Of a DNA stretch of 64,000 nt, positions 39,598-49,843 are shown one piece after another; the first letter of the stretch is position 1, and every line of letters begins with the position of its first letter. The notes beneath the pieces are model-generated. The model did no database searches and had not been told where the DNA came from. It worked only from the letters and a program-made list of their open reading frames with translations. Position numbers and translations under genes: made by a program. Origin of the DNA: Candidatus Obscuribacteraceae bacterium (lineage in GTDB: Bacteria; Cyanobacteriota; Vampirovibrionia; Obscuribacterales; Obscuribacteraceae); assembly GCA_044229845.1 (NCBI GenBank), contig JBGASG010000001.1, forward strand, positions 960,001-1,024,000, read 5' to 3'.

Positions 39598-40071
39598 ATG
39601 CCGAAACTGTTCACCGTCACCGAAGCGCGCGAGCTGCTGCCCGAGTTGAGACGTCTGCTCGCAGAAGCTAACAGCGAACTAATGGAATTGGCCGACGTAG
39701 TTCGCAGCGCCAATGAGCGATACCTGGCTGCCGAAGAAAAGATGGATCAAGAGGGAAGCCCATCAGGAGCGGCTGGGGACGTGGAGAATTTGCGCGCGTG
39801 TCGTGCAGAATTTCAGAACGCAATTGAAGAATTGTCTCGAACGCAGAAAGATTACCTGCGCTGCCTCAACAAATGGGTCGATGAGATCTCGGCAAAGGGC
39901 GTGCTGCTGCGTGATTTGCAGGAGGGTCTGCTGGACTTTCCGGCGTCACAAAATGGCTTCGACTATTTCCTGTGTTGGAAAGTCGGAGAAAGTGACATCG
40001 ATCACTGGCATCCAACTGATGAGGGTTTCTCAGGACGTAAGCCACTGGTCACGCTCGACGACTATTGCTGA
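39598..40071 (+). CDS. DUF2203 family protein
   Basis: FTV.EA..LLP, GV.LRD...GLLDFP and LCWKVGE..I.HWH..EGFSGRKP motifs. Confidence 0.9.
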   Translation: MPKLFTVTEARELLPELRRLLAEANSELMELADVVRSANERYLAAEEKMDQEGSPSGAAGDVENLRACRAEFQNAIEELSRTQKDYLRCLNKWVDEISAKGVLLRDLQEGLLDFPASQNGFDYFLCWKVGESDIDHWHPTDEGFSGRKPLVTLDDYC

Positions 40072-40178
40072 GTTTGTATAACTTGACAACATCTTTTGTA
40101 TGCTGTTTTGAGGCTTATCATAGGCCCCAGTGTATAATTTTTTCTGCGGACGTAACGCTACGCGCAGCGGCTGAGTTG

Positions 40179-41906
40179 TTAGGCTGTCTGCGAGCGCTGG
40201 CGACCCGGGCAAGTTTCTTGCACGACCGCCTGGATGATTTCCATCAGTCCGCCCAGACCCTGACGTTCTTTCGCAGACACAATTACCGGATTGGGCAATT
40301 GACTGGATAGCCACATCAGATCTTCGTGGCGCGCTTTGTCCGCCTTGTTCAACACGGTGATCATCGGCTTGTCGATGGCATGCAGTTCGCTCAAGATGTC
40401 GTGCACGCTGACGATGTGTTCCATGACGCCCGGATGCGAAGCATCCACTACGTGCAGTATCACATCAGCCAGAGTTACTTCTTCAAGCGTGGCGCCGAAG
40501 GCGTTCACCAGATCTGGCGGCAGTTTCTTGATGAATCCGACTGTGTCGGTGAGCAGCACCGGACTGTTGTCCGGAAGAACCGTGCGCCGCGTCGCCGGAT
40601 CCAGTGTCGCGAACAGCTTGTCTTCGACCAGCGCTTCCGATTTCGTCAGCGCGTTGAGCAAAGTGGATTTGCCGGAGTTAGTGTAGCCGGTTAGTGCCAC
40701 CACGGGCAGGCTCTCGAAAATGCGTTTGCGGCGCTGCGTATCGCGATAACTGCGAATGCGTTCGGTCTCGCGCTCCAGGTGATTGATGCGATCGCGAATG
40801 CGACGGCGGTCGACTTCCAACTTGGTTTCGCCAGGACCCCTGGTCCCGATGCCGCCGCCCAGTCTGGACAGAGCATGTCCTTTACCCATCAGACGCGGAT
40901 ACAAATACTTGAGTTGCGCCAGTTCGACCTGCAGTTTTCCTTCTTTTGTATTGGCGCGTTGCGCGAATATATCCAGAATCAACTCAGTGCGATCCAAGAC
41001 TTTAACGCCGACGATATCTTCGAGGTTTCTTTGCTGATTGGCGCTGAGATCATTGTTGACGATCACCATATTGGCGCCGAATTCCTGCACCAGGAGCGCC
41101 AGCTCTTGCACCTTGCCCGAACCGAAATATTGACGCGGGTCTGGTTGCAAACGTGCCTGAGTCATACGTCCGCAGACGGTGGCGCCGGCGGTGCGCGCTA
41201 GTTGTGTCAGTTCGTCCAGATCATCTTCGATCTGCCACGCATCCGATCCTTCTGTTATCAGCGCTGCCAGGATGGTGCGTTCTTCGCCTTCTTTGACAGG
41301 CAGGCGCGGTGAGACGCGGCGGAACTCGTCTTCGAGGGCCGCGATCAGCTTGGCGAAATCTTCGTTTTGCGATTTGCGGGCAGTGGTTGCATCCAGCAAT
41401 TTCCAAAGATTGCCTTCGCTGTCGCGCGACGGCAGAAGGTGAGCGAATTGAACGCGGTCGGCAAAATCAATTTGATCGCCTTTGCTCTTACTGAAAGTGC
41501 CGTTTTGATCAACTTCGATAAATGCCAGTACGTCCAGGCGATTGCGCAGCAGGCACTGCAAATCTTCTTTGGACGGCGTGTTGCGCCCGCCGCTAGTTTT
41601 GCCGGCGAGATGCGTATAGATGATGCGGTGACCGCAAAGGCGGCCGGGTCCGACGCGCACGCCCTTCAATTCGGGAACGTTCACATCCTTAGGTTGGCCG
41701 ACTGTGACGTTGACCACTTGCCCCCGGCGGTTGGCGACGACGCACACGGGAGAGCCTATCTCATGAGATATCTCAGCCAGCGTTTCAGCCAGGTCGAGCG
41801 TTAATACTTTGTCTTCGGGAATTCGCTGTTGCAGCAGACGATTGAGCTTTTGAATCTCGGACTTCTTGAGACCTTTAGTTTTCGATAAATCGACTTTTCC
41901 GTGCAA
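40179..41906 (-). CDS. hflX: GTPase HflX, long form with N-terminal extension
   Basis: LILDIFAQRA, GGGIGTRGPGETKLE, GYTNSGKST, DTVGFI and NKAD motifs. Confidence 0.96.
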   Translation of the reverse strand: MHGKVDLSKTKGLKKSEIQKLNRLLQQRIPEDKVLTLDLAETLAEISHEIGSPVCVVANRRGQVVNVTVGQPKDVNVPELKGVRVGPGRLCGHRIIYTHLAGKTSGGRNTPSKEDLQCLLRNRLDVLAFIEVDQNGTFSKSKGDQIDFADRVQFAHLLPSRDSEGNLWKLLDATTARKSQNEDFAKLIAALEDEFRRVSPRLPVKEGEERTILAALITEGSDAWQIEDDLDELTQLARTAGATVCGRMTQARLQPDPRQYFGSGKVQELALLVQEFGANMVIVNNDLSANQQRNLEDIVGVKVLDRTELILDIFAQRANTKEGKLQVELAQLKYLYPRLMGKGHALSRLGGGIGTRGPGETKLEVDRRRIRDRINHLERETERIRSYRDTQRRKRIFESLPVVALTGYTNSGKSTLLNALTKSEALVEDKLFATLDPATRRTVLPDNSPVLLTDTVGFIKKLPPDLVNAFGATLEEVTLADVILHVVDASHPGVMEHIVSVHDILSELHAIDKPMITVLNKADKARHEDLMWLSSQLPNPVIVSAKERQGLGGLMEIIQAVVQETCPGRQRSQTA

Positions 41907-42069
41907 TCAGAATTCCTCTAGTTAGTAATGAAACGGGAGTGTGTCTGTATACCGGATCATACTCCTTGGACGCGCAAGCAGCCTGGAATTTAATGATCGC
42001 GCTGGCGAACTCGTCCTCGGGCTGTAGATCTTCAGACGCAAAGAGCTGAAGAAGGTGCCCGGCACAGCT

Positions 42070-42423
42070 TTATTGCAAACGCTGCGCCGTGTAGACCATG
42101 TCTTCGATGACCAGGCGATGCTCCACTCCGAAAGGAATCTGGCGGAAGCAAATGATGGTGTCTCCGGTACTCGAATCGATAAGCTGATCGTCTCCTACTC
42201 GCAATGCGAAGATCATATTGTTCGATAGCTGAACGCGCATCAAACCTGTGCGCTCGTCGCGTTCAGTATTAGTGATGTGGGCGAAACCACCAACCGTAAA
42301 TCCGACCAACCTTTTCATACCGTCGGCAAGAGTGCCGCCGCCATCGAGGGCGCCGCTCGGTTGCCAGGCTGACAACAGGAAAATCGCCGGCACGAGCACC
42401 CAAAGCAGAAGTTTCGTTTTCAT
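42070..42423 (-). CDS. Secreted hypothetical protein
   Basis: Signal peptide MKTKLLLWVLVPAIFLLSAW after AAGGTG. Confidence 0.55.
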   Translation of the reverse strand: MKTKLLLWVLVPAIFLLSAWQPSGALDGGGTLADGMKRLVGFTVGGFAHITNTERDERTGLMRVQLSNNMIFALRVGDDQLIDSSTGDTIICFRQIPFGVEHRLVIEDMVYTAQRLQ

Positions 42424-42577
42424 GACGTCGCTCACCTTTCCGTTTCGTTTCCTGACACCTGTTATTCCCAGGTCAGGCATATAGGGTGGCGGTGACACCA
42501 CAATTTTTTGGAGTCAAAAAAGGGCGTTGTCGCCACGGGGGACTCCCGGAAGAAAAGACGCTGAGCCTATAGACAGA

Positions 42578-44035
42578 TCAGCAGGAGGCGGAGAGTTGGT
42601 GACGGAGCAGAGCGCGCCCTCCCGATTCGCCACATGATTTGGGCGACGGAATCAGTTTGCCCGGGTTGAGTAATTGCTGCGCGTTGAATGCGTCGCGCAC
42701 CCAGTTCATCGAAGCCAGTGTCGGCTCGTCGAAAGCGATGGACATCTCGAGCAACTTTTCGATGCCGATGCCGTGTTCGCCGGAGAGGGTGCCGCCCAGT
42801 TCCACGCACATCTCGAGGATTTCTTTGGCGCCCAGTAGGACGCGGCGCACTTCATCTTCGTTGTCCCGGTTGTACAAAAGGCAAGGGTGCAAATTGCCGT
42901 CGCCGGCATGATAGACGTTGGCGATGACGATTTTGTACTTGTCACTCGTCTTCTGAATGCGTTCGATTGCTTCGCGCAGACGCGAACGCGGAATCACGCC
43001 GTCCAGCACGTAGCCGTGCGGCGCCAGGCGCCCCATGGCGCCGAATGAGGTTTTTCGCGCCTTCCAGATTTGCGCGCGTTCTTTTTCGTCTTTGGCCCAG
43101 GTTATCGAAATGCACTGATTGGCTTGTGCGCACTTTTCGACTTCCTGGCGGTGCACTTCAATGCCGGCGCGCGGGCCGTCCAACTCGACGATCAGCAAAG
43201 CGCCTGCCTCGGTGTTCAAGCCCATGTGCAGCGATTCTTCCACACACCGCAAGGTCAGTTGATCGAGCATTTCCATGGCGGCCGGAATGACGCCGGCTGC
43301 CACTATATCTGATACCGCCTGCCCACCCGATTCGACCGATGGAAAGAATGCCAACATCGTCTCCACGCTCTGCGCGCGCGGAATGAGTCGCAGCCAGGCT
43401 TCCGTCGCTATACCCAGTGTGCCTTCGGAACCCAAAAACAATCCCAACAGATCCAGACCGAATGATTCGCGCGCCGGGCCACCAAATGTGGTGACACGTC
43501 CGTCCGGCAAGATCACCTTCACACCCAACACGTTGTTGGTGGTCAATCCGTACTTGAGAGTGTGCGCGCCGCCGGCGTTCTCTGCGATGTTTCCTCCAAT
43601 GGTCGATGCCACCTGACTGGAGGGATCGGGAGCGAAATACAAGTTGTGTTTGGCCGCTGCGCGTGAAACCGACAAATTGGGAACCCCCACTTCCACATGG
43701 GCGACAAAGTTGATCGGGTCGATAGACAAGATTTTCGTCAGACGCGTCAAGACCAGCGAGACGCCGCCGTAGATTGTGGTGGCACCACCGGAGAGTCCTG
43801 TGCCGGCGCCGCGCGGCGTGAATGAAACTCCGGCGCGATGGCACGCCATGATCACTGCGCGCGTTTCTTCAGTTGATGCCGGCAGCACGACGATGTCGGG
43901 GATTGCCGTGTCGAGCGTTTCGCCGTCTGATTCATAGACGGACAGATCGACAATCGACGTCAGAACATACTCGTCGCCGACAATGGCGCGCAGCTCTCTC
44001 TCTAATTCCGGATAAGTTCGCGGTTTGACGCGCAC
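42578..44035 (-). CDS. glcD: FAD-linked oxidase, glycolate oxidase subunit GlcD-like
   Basis: PRGAGTGLSGG, PDPSS, TIGGNIAENAGG, GSEGTLG, HAGDGNLH and GEHGIG motifs. Confidence 0.9.
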   Translation of the reverse strand: MRVKPRTYPELERELRAIVGDEYVLTSIVDLSVYESDGETLDTAIPDIVVLPASTEETRAVIMACHRAGVSFTPRGAGTGLSGGATTIYGGVSLVLTRLTKILSIDPINFVAHVEVGVPNLSVSRAAAKHNLYFAPDPSSQVASTIGGNIAENAGGAHTLKYGLTTNNVLGVKVILPDGRVTTFGGPARESFGLDLLGLFLGSEGTLGIATEAWLRLIPRAQSVETMLAFFPSVESGGQAVSDIVAAGVIPAAMEMLDQLTLRCVEESLHMGLNTEAGALLIVELDGPRAGIEVHRQEVEKCAQANQCISITWAKDEKERAQIWKARKTSFGAMGRLAPHGYVLDGVIPRSRLREAIERIQKTSDKYKIVIANVYHAGDGNLHPCLLYNRDNEDEVRRVLLGAKEILEMCVELGGTLSGEHGIGIEKLLEMSIAFDEPTLASMNWVRDAFNAQQLLNPGKLIPSPKSCGESGGRALLRHQLSASC

Positions 44036-44061
44036 GGTTCTCGACGAAGACGACTTGGCTA

Positions 44062-44808
44062 CTACTGCTGCTGTCCCAGCCTTTCCTGATCGCCGGTAGT
44101 ATACTTGAAGCCGTTCGCCCCGTAGTTCTGCGCGAAGGTTCCATATTTCTGCACGAACTGCCGCCGAGAGCCCGGCGGAAACTGCAGGAGCATCTGGTCG
44201 CCGTCCAGAGACTTGACGGCCTGGAAAACAAGCACGTTGTAGAGCACGTTATTGCTTTTCTGCGCCATGTTCATCTGGGTGATGTGTCCGTCGCGCGTCA
44301 CGACGTAGCTCACCTGGCAGAGAAGCGGCTGGCTGTTGTGAAAAGCGGCTTTGGCGAAGAAGTTGTAGCGAGTGTATATAGCTTCGGCAACGCGACGGTG
44401 CCAGGCATCCCAGGCTAACTGCATGGCTGGATTGCCGCTGTCGGGATCGTTGGGATTGAACTGCGCCTGCGGCTGCTGTACCGGCTGCTGGGGCATGGCC
44501 TGTTCTTGTGGCGCCAGCGGCATGTTGTATGGGTTGCCGGTGGTCTGTGTGTTGCCTTGCAGCGGCTGCTGGTTGATCGCCTTCATCGCGTCGCTGGGCG
44601 CGTCAATGGCGTCCATGCCCGGCGTCGTGTCGTCTTTGTTGCTGAATGGGTCAGCTTCGATGTCTTTAGTGCGATTGAGTGCAGGCTGCTTCTGCTGCAT
44701 CATCTGGTCTTGCTGGACGTTGCCTTTCAGCACATCTGCCAGCACGGGCGGCATAGTGGTCGCAACCAGAGCCAAAACAACGGATAGGAAGAGTATTTTT
44801 CGGAGCAT
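44062..44808 (-). CDS. Secreted protein with TonB/TolA C-terminal-like domain
   Basis: Signal peptide, Q/P-rich linker, W...VAEAI...VSYVVTRDGHI...S.N..Y...AV..L...FP pattern. Confidence 0.6.
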   Translation of the reverse strand: MLRKILFLSVVLALVATTMPPVLADVLKGNVQQDQMMQQKQPALNRTKDIEADPFSNKDDTTPGMDAIDAPSDAMKAINQQPLQGNTQTTGNPYNMPLAPQEQAMPQQPVQQPQAQFNPNDPDSGNPAMQLAWDAWHRRVAEAIYTRYNFFAKAAFHNSQPLLCQVSYVVTRDGHITQMNMAQKSNNVLYNVLVFQAVKSLDGDQMLLQFPPGSRRQFVQKYGTFAQNYGANGFKYTTGDQERLGQQQ

Positions 44809-44953
44809 CGTGTATTCGCCGGGAAAAGATGTCAGGTGATCCACCCTGTCCCTACTTTAACGTTGACTAAGAATTAAGTAAAGGTGCTAAAGGTGGTTTC
44901 CCGCAAAGGGCTTTTCGTGGACTGGGCTGGCTTCTAGTACCATAGCGGTCTTC

Positions 44954-45751
44954 ATGTCTGCGTCCCAACCTACCATTGTCGACAGCCACGCCCACCTGGG
45001 CTGGGATTCGTTCGCTGAAGACCGCGACGAGGTGATCGCACGGGCATTTGAAAGTGGCGTCTCGCAGATTGTTCAGGCTGGCGTCTACCTGACCGGCATG
45101 GAAGAAACTGTCGCTATCGCCGAAGCCCATGCCAACATTTTCTTCGCTGTCGGGCTGCATCCGCACGAGGCAAAAGACTGGACCGATGCCGAGTCGCCGC
45201 GTGTGATTCGCGATTTTATGAGTCATCCAAAACTGGTTGCCATCGGGGAGTGTGGGCTGGACTATCACTACAACCACTCGGAGCAGGAGACGCAGCGGCG
45301 CGTTTTTGCTGAGCAGGTGAAACTGGCTCGGGAGCTGGATAAGCCGCTGATTCTGCACACGCGCGAGGCGTGGGATGACACATTCGAGATTTTGCGCCGC
45401 GTCGGCGAAGGCAAAGTACGTGGGGTTTTTCACTGTTTCACCGGCAGCCCGGACGTACTACCAGCAATCAGAGAAATCGACTTCTATGTTTCTTTCTCAG
45501 GCATAGTGACGTTTCCCAAGAGCACCGACATCCAGGCTGCGGCGAAAGAAGTAGCCGCAGACCGCATCATGGTTGAGACAGACTGTCCATATCTGGCGCC
45601 GCAGGGCTTCCGGGGTAAACGCAATGAGCCCGCGTATGTCTGGAAAGTGGCGGAAAAACTGGCCGAGCTGCGGGGCAGTGCTGTTGGCGACATTGCAGCC
45701 TCCACGTCACAAAATGCTCGCGCCTTGTTTCATTTGCCGCCACCGGCTTAA
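44954..45751 (+). CDS. tatD: TatD family hydrolase/DNase
   Basis: DSHAH, GLHPH, IGECGLDY, LHTRE, HCFTG and ETDCPYLAP motifs. Confidence 0.95.
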   Translation: MSASQPTIVDSHAHLGWDSFAEDRDEVIARAFESGVSQIVQAGVYLTGMEETVAIAEAHANIFFAVGLHPHEAKDWTDAESPRVIRDFMSHPKLVAIGECGLDYHYNHSEQETQRRVFAEQVKLARELDKPLILHTREAWDDTFEILRRVGEGKVRGVFHCFTGSPDVLPAIREIDFYVSFSGIVTFPKSTDIQAAAKEVAADRIMVETDCPYLAPQGFRGKRNEPAYVWKVAEKLAELRGSAVGDIAASTSQNARALFHLPPPA

Positions 45752-46236
45752 CCCGCGAGACCGTCACGGACGCTGGTTTTTGTTAGTTTCATCACACGTA
45801 AAGCTTGTGTGTACAGAATTCCAATTGCGTTGTTGGAAAACTGCCCAGCAAAATTCAAACATCAACGCCGAGTTGGTCATCCAAGAATTTCGCCGGGAGC
45901 CCACAAGCTGCGCGGCGTGGCCCGAGAAAGTTTAGCCGAGCGGCCGGAGGTGCTTAGTCAAGCATCTCTGTTCCGTTTTTAGGTGGGTTGTGCGGACCAG
46001 TCAAGAAAGCTTGGAAGCCCTGACCGCGTTGGTTTTCGTGCGGAAAGCTGATACCATTTGTAGTGGCAAAGAGCCCTGACTCATTCCACGCGGTGGTAGT
46101 TTGTTGTCAGCGATTGACAACGCTCTCATGCCGTATATACAGCGAGAGTTCTCTATGAGATCTTTCTCGTAAGTAGTCTAGTCTTACTTGCTTTTGGGAA
46201 TAACGGCCCAAGAACGACTGGGGACCATTTCAAGAT

Positions 46237-47703
46237 ATGTTCAAACCCAAACGGACCGGAGCCCATCTAGCACCGCGCGAACTCTGTGTTGGCGTGCCCG
46301 ATGCAAATCTGCTGAAAGATTTGATGAACGATGCCGCCGGACACAAAAACGCCATGGTCAAACTGCCGATCAGGACCAACCTCGGCGGTTTCTTGCTAGT
46401 TGTACAGTGGCCTGAAGTTTCGCAGATGCCGACCTGGACGCTCTACGAGGGCGAAGCCGGCAATTCTGTGTTGTGGGCGTACGAACTGGATTCGTTCGAG
46501 ATGATCCAAACGACGCTGGGAATGACTTGCGATCCGCCGCCCGAGCCAGCTGCGGCTCCGGTTGCGCCAGTTTATGAAACGGGCGAGTCTCACTCTTATC
46601 GCTTTGGCGAAGACAAAGAAGAGCTTGGAAAAATGGACGAGTGGAAACCGGCTCCGGCTTCAGAGCCGCCCAAACCCGCAGAACCAGCTCCAATGCTCGA
46701 TCCTTACGGCGTGCCCATTCCGGTTGATGCTTACGGCAGACCAATCGAACAGGCACCAGCACCGGCACCGGCTCCAGCTCCAGCTCCAGCTCCGTATGGT
46801 GCCCCGGATCCGTATGGTCAGCCACAACAACCCTATCCGCTCGATCCGTATGGACAGCCGCAACCGGGTTATGGGCAGCCGCAACAGCCTTATGGCGCCC
46901 CGCAACCTGGTTATGGGCAACCGCAACAACCTGGTTACGGACAACCGCAACAACCTGGTTATGGACAACCGCAACAGCCTTACGGACAACCGCCTTACGG
47001 TGCGCCGCCGCAGCAACCTTACGGACAGCCCTATGGTGCTCCGCAACAGCCATATGGCCAACCGCCCTACGGTGCGCCACAACAACCTTACGGTGCGCCT
47101 GATCCGTATGGTCAGCCGCAACAACCGTTCGGCGCGCCACTAGATCCTTATGGCCAGCCGTATGGCGCGCAGCAGACTGCACAACCGAGCGTCTGGAACT
47201 CTCAAACAACCGGTCAGCAACAAAAGCCCAGTGGTCCTGCCGACAAAGTCGCCGTCAACATGCTGGTTCAGTACATCGACAAGCATCCGAAGACAATCAT
47301 CAGTGAGATGCTGGTCAGTGATGTGCTGCCCGGTTTCTGTGTTGACGCTGCGATGAAACTTCAGGAGATGGTATGCACCGGCAAGCTTGACGACAAGCTG
47401 GCTCTGGAAGTACTGAAGATGTCAGCTCACAAGAACGGTGCACTCGACGACGCCATGGTCGCCGAAGCCAAAGAAAAAGCCCGTGCCGAAGCGGGCGACT
47501 TCGATGTTGCAGAATTGCTCGATACAGCGAAGATTCACGACGCCGGTCCCGAAACTACCGATGCTGCGCGTCAGTGCGTGCGCTTGATCGCCGACGGAAA
47601 GATCGAGCAAGGCAAAGCGATTATTGCGTTGCACTACGTGCACCGCACCAAAGGCAAGCTGAAAGACGCCTTCTCCGATCTATCGATGGACGTGACAATC
47701 TAG
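46237..47703 (+). CDS. Hypothetical protein with a long PYGQP low-complexity linker between two globular regions
   Basis: 488-aa ORF; central Pro/Tyr/Gly/Gln repeats; helical C-terminal domain. Confidence 0.75.
   Translation: MFKPKRTGAHLAPRELCVGVPDANLLKDLMNDAAGHKNAMVKLPIRTNLGGFLLVVQWPEVSQMPTWTLYEGEAGNSVLWAYELDSFEMIQTTLGMTCDPPPEPAAAPVAPVYETGESHSYRFGEDKEELGKMDEWKPAPASEPPKPAEPAPMLDPYGVPIPVDAYGRPIEQAPAPAPAPAPAPAPYGAPDPYGQPQQPYPLDPYGQPQPGYGQPQQPYGAPQPGYGQPQQPGYGQPQQPGYGQPQQPYGQPPYGAPPQQPYGQPYGAPQQPYGQPPYGAPQQPYGAPDPYGQPQQPFGAPLDPYGQPYGAQQTAQPSVWNSQTTGQQQKPSGPADKVAVNMLVQYIDKHPKTIISEMLVSDVLPGFCVDAAMKLQEMVCTGKLDDKLALEVLKMSAHKNGALDDAMVAEAKEKARAEAGDFDVAELLDTAKIHDAGPETTDAARQCVRLIADGKIEQGKAIIALHYVHRTKGKLKDAFSDLSMDVTI
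46790..47170 (+). repeat. Imperfect coding tandem repeats (PYGQPQQ / PYGAP)
   Basis: Recurrent CCTTACGG / TATGG..CAACCGCAACA units. Confidence 0.85.
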
Positions 47704-47723
47704 TCGCACCACATTCGGTGATG

Positions 47724-48362
47724 CTATGGGCGCAATCCGTTGAGCACCATCGCTGTGGCCTCTTGTTTGTGCTGCGCCATCATTTCTTTGTTGAGCAAGG
47801 GTTTGCCGTCCCAGAGATGTTTGACGTTTTCACGCGCACAGAAATAGAAGATGCACATGCCGACTATGTTGACGGCGGTGTGCTTTGGATCGGCATCTCG
47901 GAAGAGTTCGGCTTTCACGCCGCGCTCGATGATGTGCGCGATCGTTCCATATAAAGTGATCACGCCGAGCTTGTTGTAGTACTTGCCCTTGTTCTGGATG
48001 GCTTCATACATAAAAATGGCGGATAGCCGGGTGTGCTCGGCCGCACTGTCTATAAATTGATCAATCACCACCCGCAGAGCTTCATCGGCGGGCAGCGACT
48101 CCAGCTCCAGTCCTTGCAGCGCGCGCAGTCGGTCAAGAAAGGCACGTTCCAGAACCGCTTCGTACAGGCCTTCCTTGCTCTTGTAGTAGTAGTGAATCAT
48201 TGCCTTGGTCACGCCTGTGCGTGCGGCGATCGACTCGGTACGCGCCCCTAGGAGTCCGTTCTGGGCGAACTCCTCTTCGGCTGCATCGAGAATGCTGGCC
48301 TTAGTGGCTTCGGCATCGCGTTGGTGGGTGGCTGCTGGTCTTGGCATGGCTGGATGGCTCAC
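47724..48362 (-). CDS. TetR/AcrR family transcriptional regulator
   Basis: ILDAAEEEFAQNG...IAARTGVTKAMIHYYYKSKEGLY helix-turn-helix. Confidence 0.95.
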   Translation of the reverse strand: MSHPAMPRPAATHQRDAEATKASILDAAEEEFAQNGLLGARTESIAARTGVTKAMIHYYYKSKEGLYEAVLERAFLDRLRALQGLELESLPADEALRVVIDQFIDSAAEHTRLSAIFMYEAIQNKGKYYNKLGVITLYGTIAHIIERGVKAELFRDADPKHTAVNIVGMCIFYFCARENVKHLWDGKPLLNKEMMAQHKQEATAMVLNGLRP

Positions 48363-48371
48363 TGGCGCTTA

Positions 48372-48481
48372 ACTTACCATTTAGTAAGTATATCACGGGT
48401 GTCGCCGTTCGGCTTAGTTCTAAACAGGGGCTTGCCATTTGGCGTTTTAAGAGGTAGTATAACTAACAGACTGGTTAGTTA
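48372..48481. promoter_or_regulatory. Divergent tetR/emrA promoter region with two palindromic operator candidates
   Basis: ACTTAC-CATTTA-GTAAGT (48372-48389) and TAACTAAC-AGACTG-GTTAGTTA (48460-48481); TTGCCA, 17 nt, TAGTAT promoter at 48432-48460. Confidence 0.7.
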
Positions 48482-48515
48482 ATAGAATAACCCAGCTTTG
48501 GAAATCCTGTGCATC

Positions 48516-49817
48516 ATGCAAGCTTTAAAAATCCCAACTCCGAATGCCCTGCCCGAACTAAAAGAGATTCTGATTTCGCCGGCGCCGGTGAAGAAACTGG
48601 CGAACAAGCGCAATCTCAAATGGCTCATCGGTGGTTTGGCGGCCGGGGTGTTGGTTACCGGCGGATTGACCTACTGGCATTTTGCTTCCATGTGGGAAGA
48701 AACCGACAATGCCACCATCACCGGTCACGTTCATAACATCTCCTCGCGCGTTGAAGGTGTCGTCACTGATGTGCTCGTCGACGACAATCAGGTAGTTCCG
48801 GCGGGAACGCCGATAGTTCGCCTCGACACTCGCGACTTCCAGACGCAAGTAATGAATGCACAAGCGTCACTCGATCGCGCGCGCAGTCAATTAGATGTTG
48901 CCTCGCAAACGGTTGAGTCCACCGGGACATCAGCCGATGCCGCCACCACCAGCGCTGCCAGCGATTACGCAGACGCAGTGGCCGACGTGGCGCGCGCTCA
49001 GTCAGCCGTCAGCGACGCCAGAGCCGGTGTCGCCATGGCTCAAGCGAAAATGAAACAACAAGAAGCAGAGGTCGTGCGCGCCAAAAATGACTTCCTCAGA
49101 TATAAAGATCTGGAAGCCGAAGGTGCCATCAGCACGCAGCAACTTGATTCGGCCAAGCGTGACTTGGATGTAGCCAACGCTGCCATGACCGGTGCCAAAG
49201 ATAACTACACCCAGTCGGTGACGCGGGTGCAACAAGCCAGCGACAGCGTGAAACAAGCGCAAGCTAAAGTCCTGCGCTCACAGAGCACTGCACAGCAAGC
49301 CAAGTCGCAAGTGCAACAAACAGATGTACGTCGCAAGGAAGTTGCCGTAGCTAAAGCTGCCACCGAGGAGCAAGCTGCATCGCTGCGCTCCGCCCAGCTG
49401 AATCTGTCGTATGCCACCATCGTTGCTCCGGTGGAAGGAACCGTCGGCCGCAAGACAGTGGAAGTAGGACAACGCATCCAAGCCGGGCAGCCTCTCATGG
49501 CGCTCGTCAGCCCTGAGCGTTGGGTAGTTGCCAACTTCAAAGAAACACAACTGGCACGCATGAAGGCAGGACAAGAAGTCGAAGTTGAAGTCGACGCTCT
49601 GCCCGGCGCACACCTGAAAGGAACCCTGGATAGTTTCTCGCCGGCATCTGGTGCCCAGTTTGCCTTATTGCCGCCAGACAACGCGACCGGTAACTTCACC
49701 AAGATCGTTCAGCGGGTTCCGGTGAAAATCCTCCTCAGTAATGAGTCTATGAAGAAGTACGGCACTCGTATCACCCCTGGCATGTCTGTGATCGCCAAAG
49801 TGAGAGTTGCCGACTAG
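48516..49817 (+). CDS. emrA: EmrA/HlyD family membrane fusion protein
   Basis: TDNA, V.DNQ.V..G, ANFKETQL and LLPPDNATGNFTKIVQRVPV motifs. Confidence 0.92.
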   Translation: MQALKIPTPNALPELKEILISPAPVKKLANKRNLKWLIGGLAAGVLVTGGLTYWHFASMWEETDNATITGHVHNISSRVEGVVTDVLVDDNQVVPAGTPIVRLDTRDFQTQVMNAQASLDRARSQLDVASQTVESTGTSADAATTSAASDYADAVADVARAQSAVSDARAGVAMAQAKMKQQEAEVVRAKNDFLRYKDLEAEGAISTQQLDSAKRDLDVANAAMTGAKDNYTQSVTRVQQASDSVKQAQAKVLRSQSTAQQAKSQVQQTDVRRKEVAVAKAATEEQAASLRSAQLNLSYATIVAPVEGTVGRKTVEVGQRIQAGQPLMALVSPERWVVANFKETQLARMKAGQEVEVEVDALPGAHLKGTLDSFSPASGAQFALLPPDNATGNFTKIVQRVPVKILLSNESMKKYGTRITPGMSVIAKVRVAD

Positions 49818-49843
49818 TTCTAAAACTTTTGAGAGCCCGAGTA

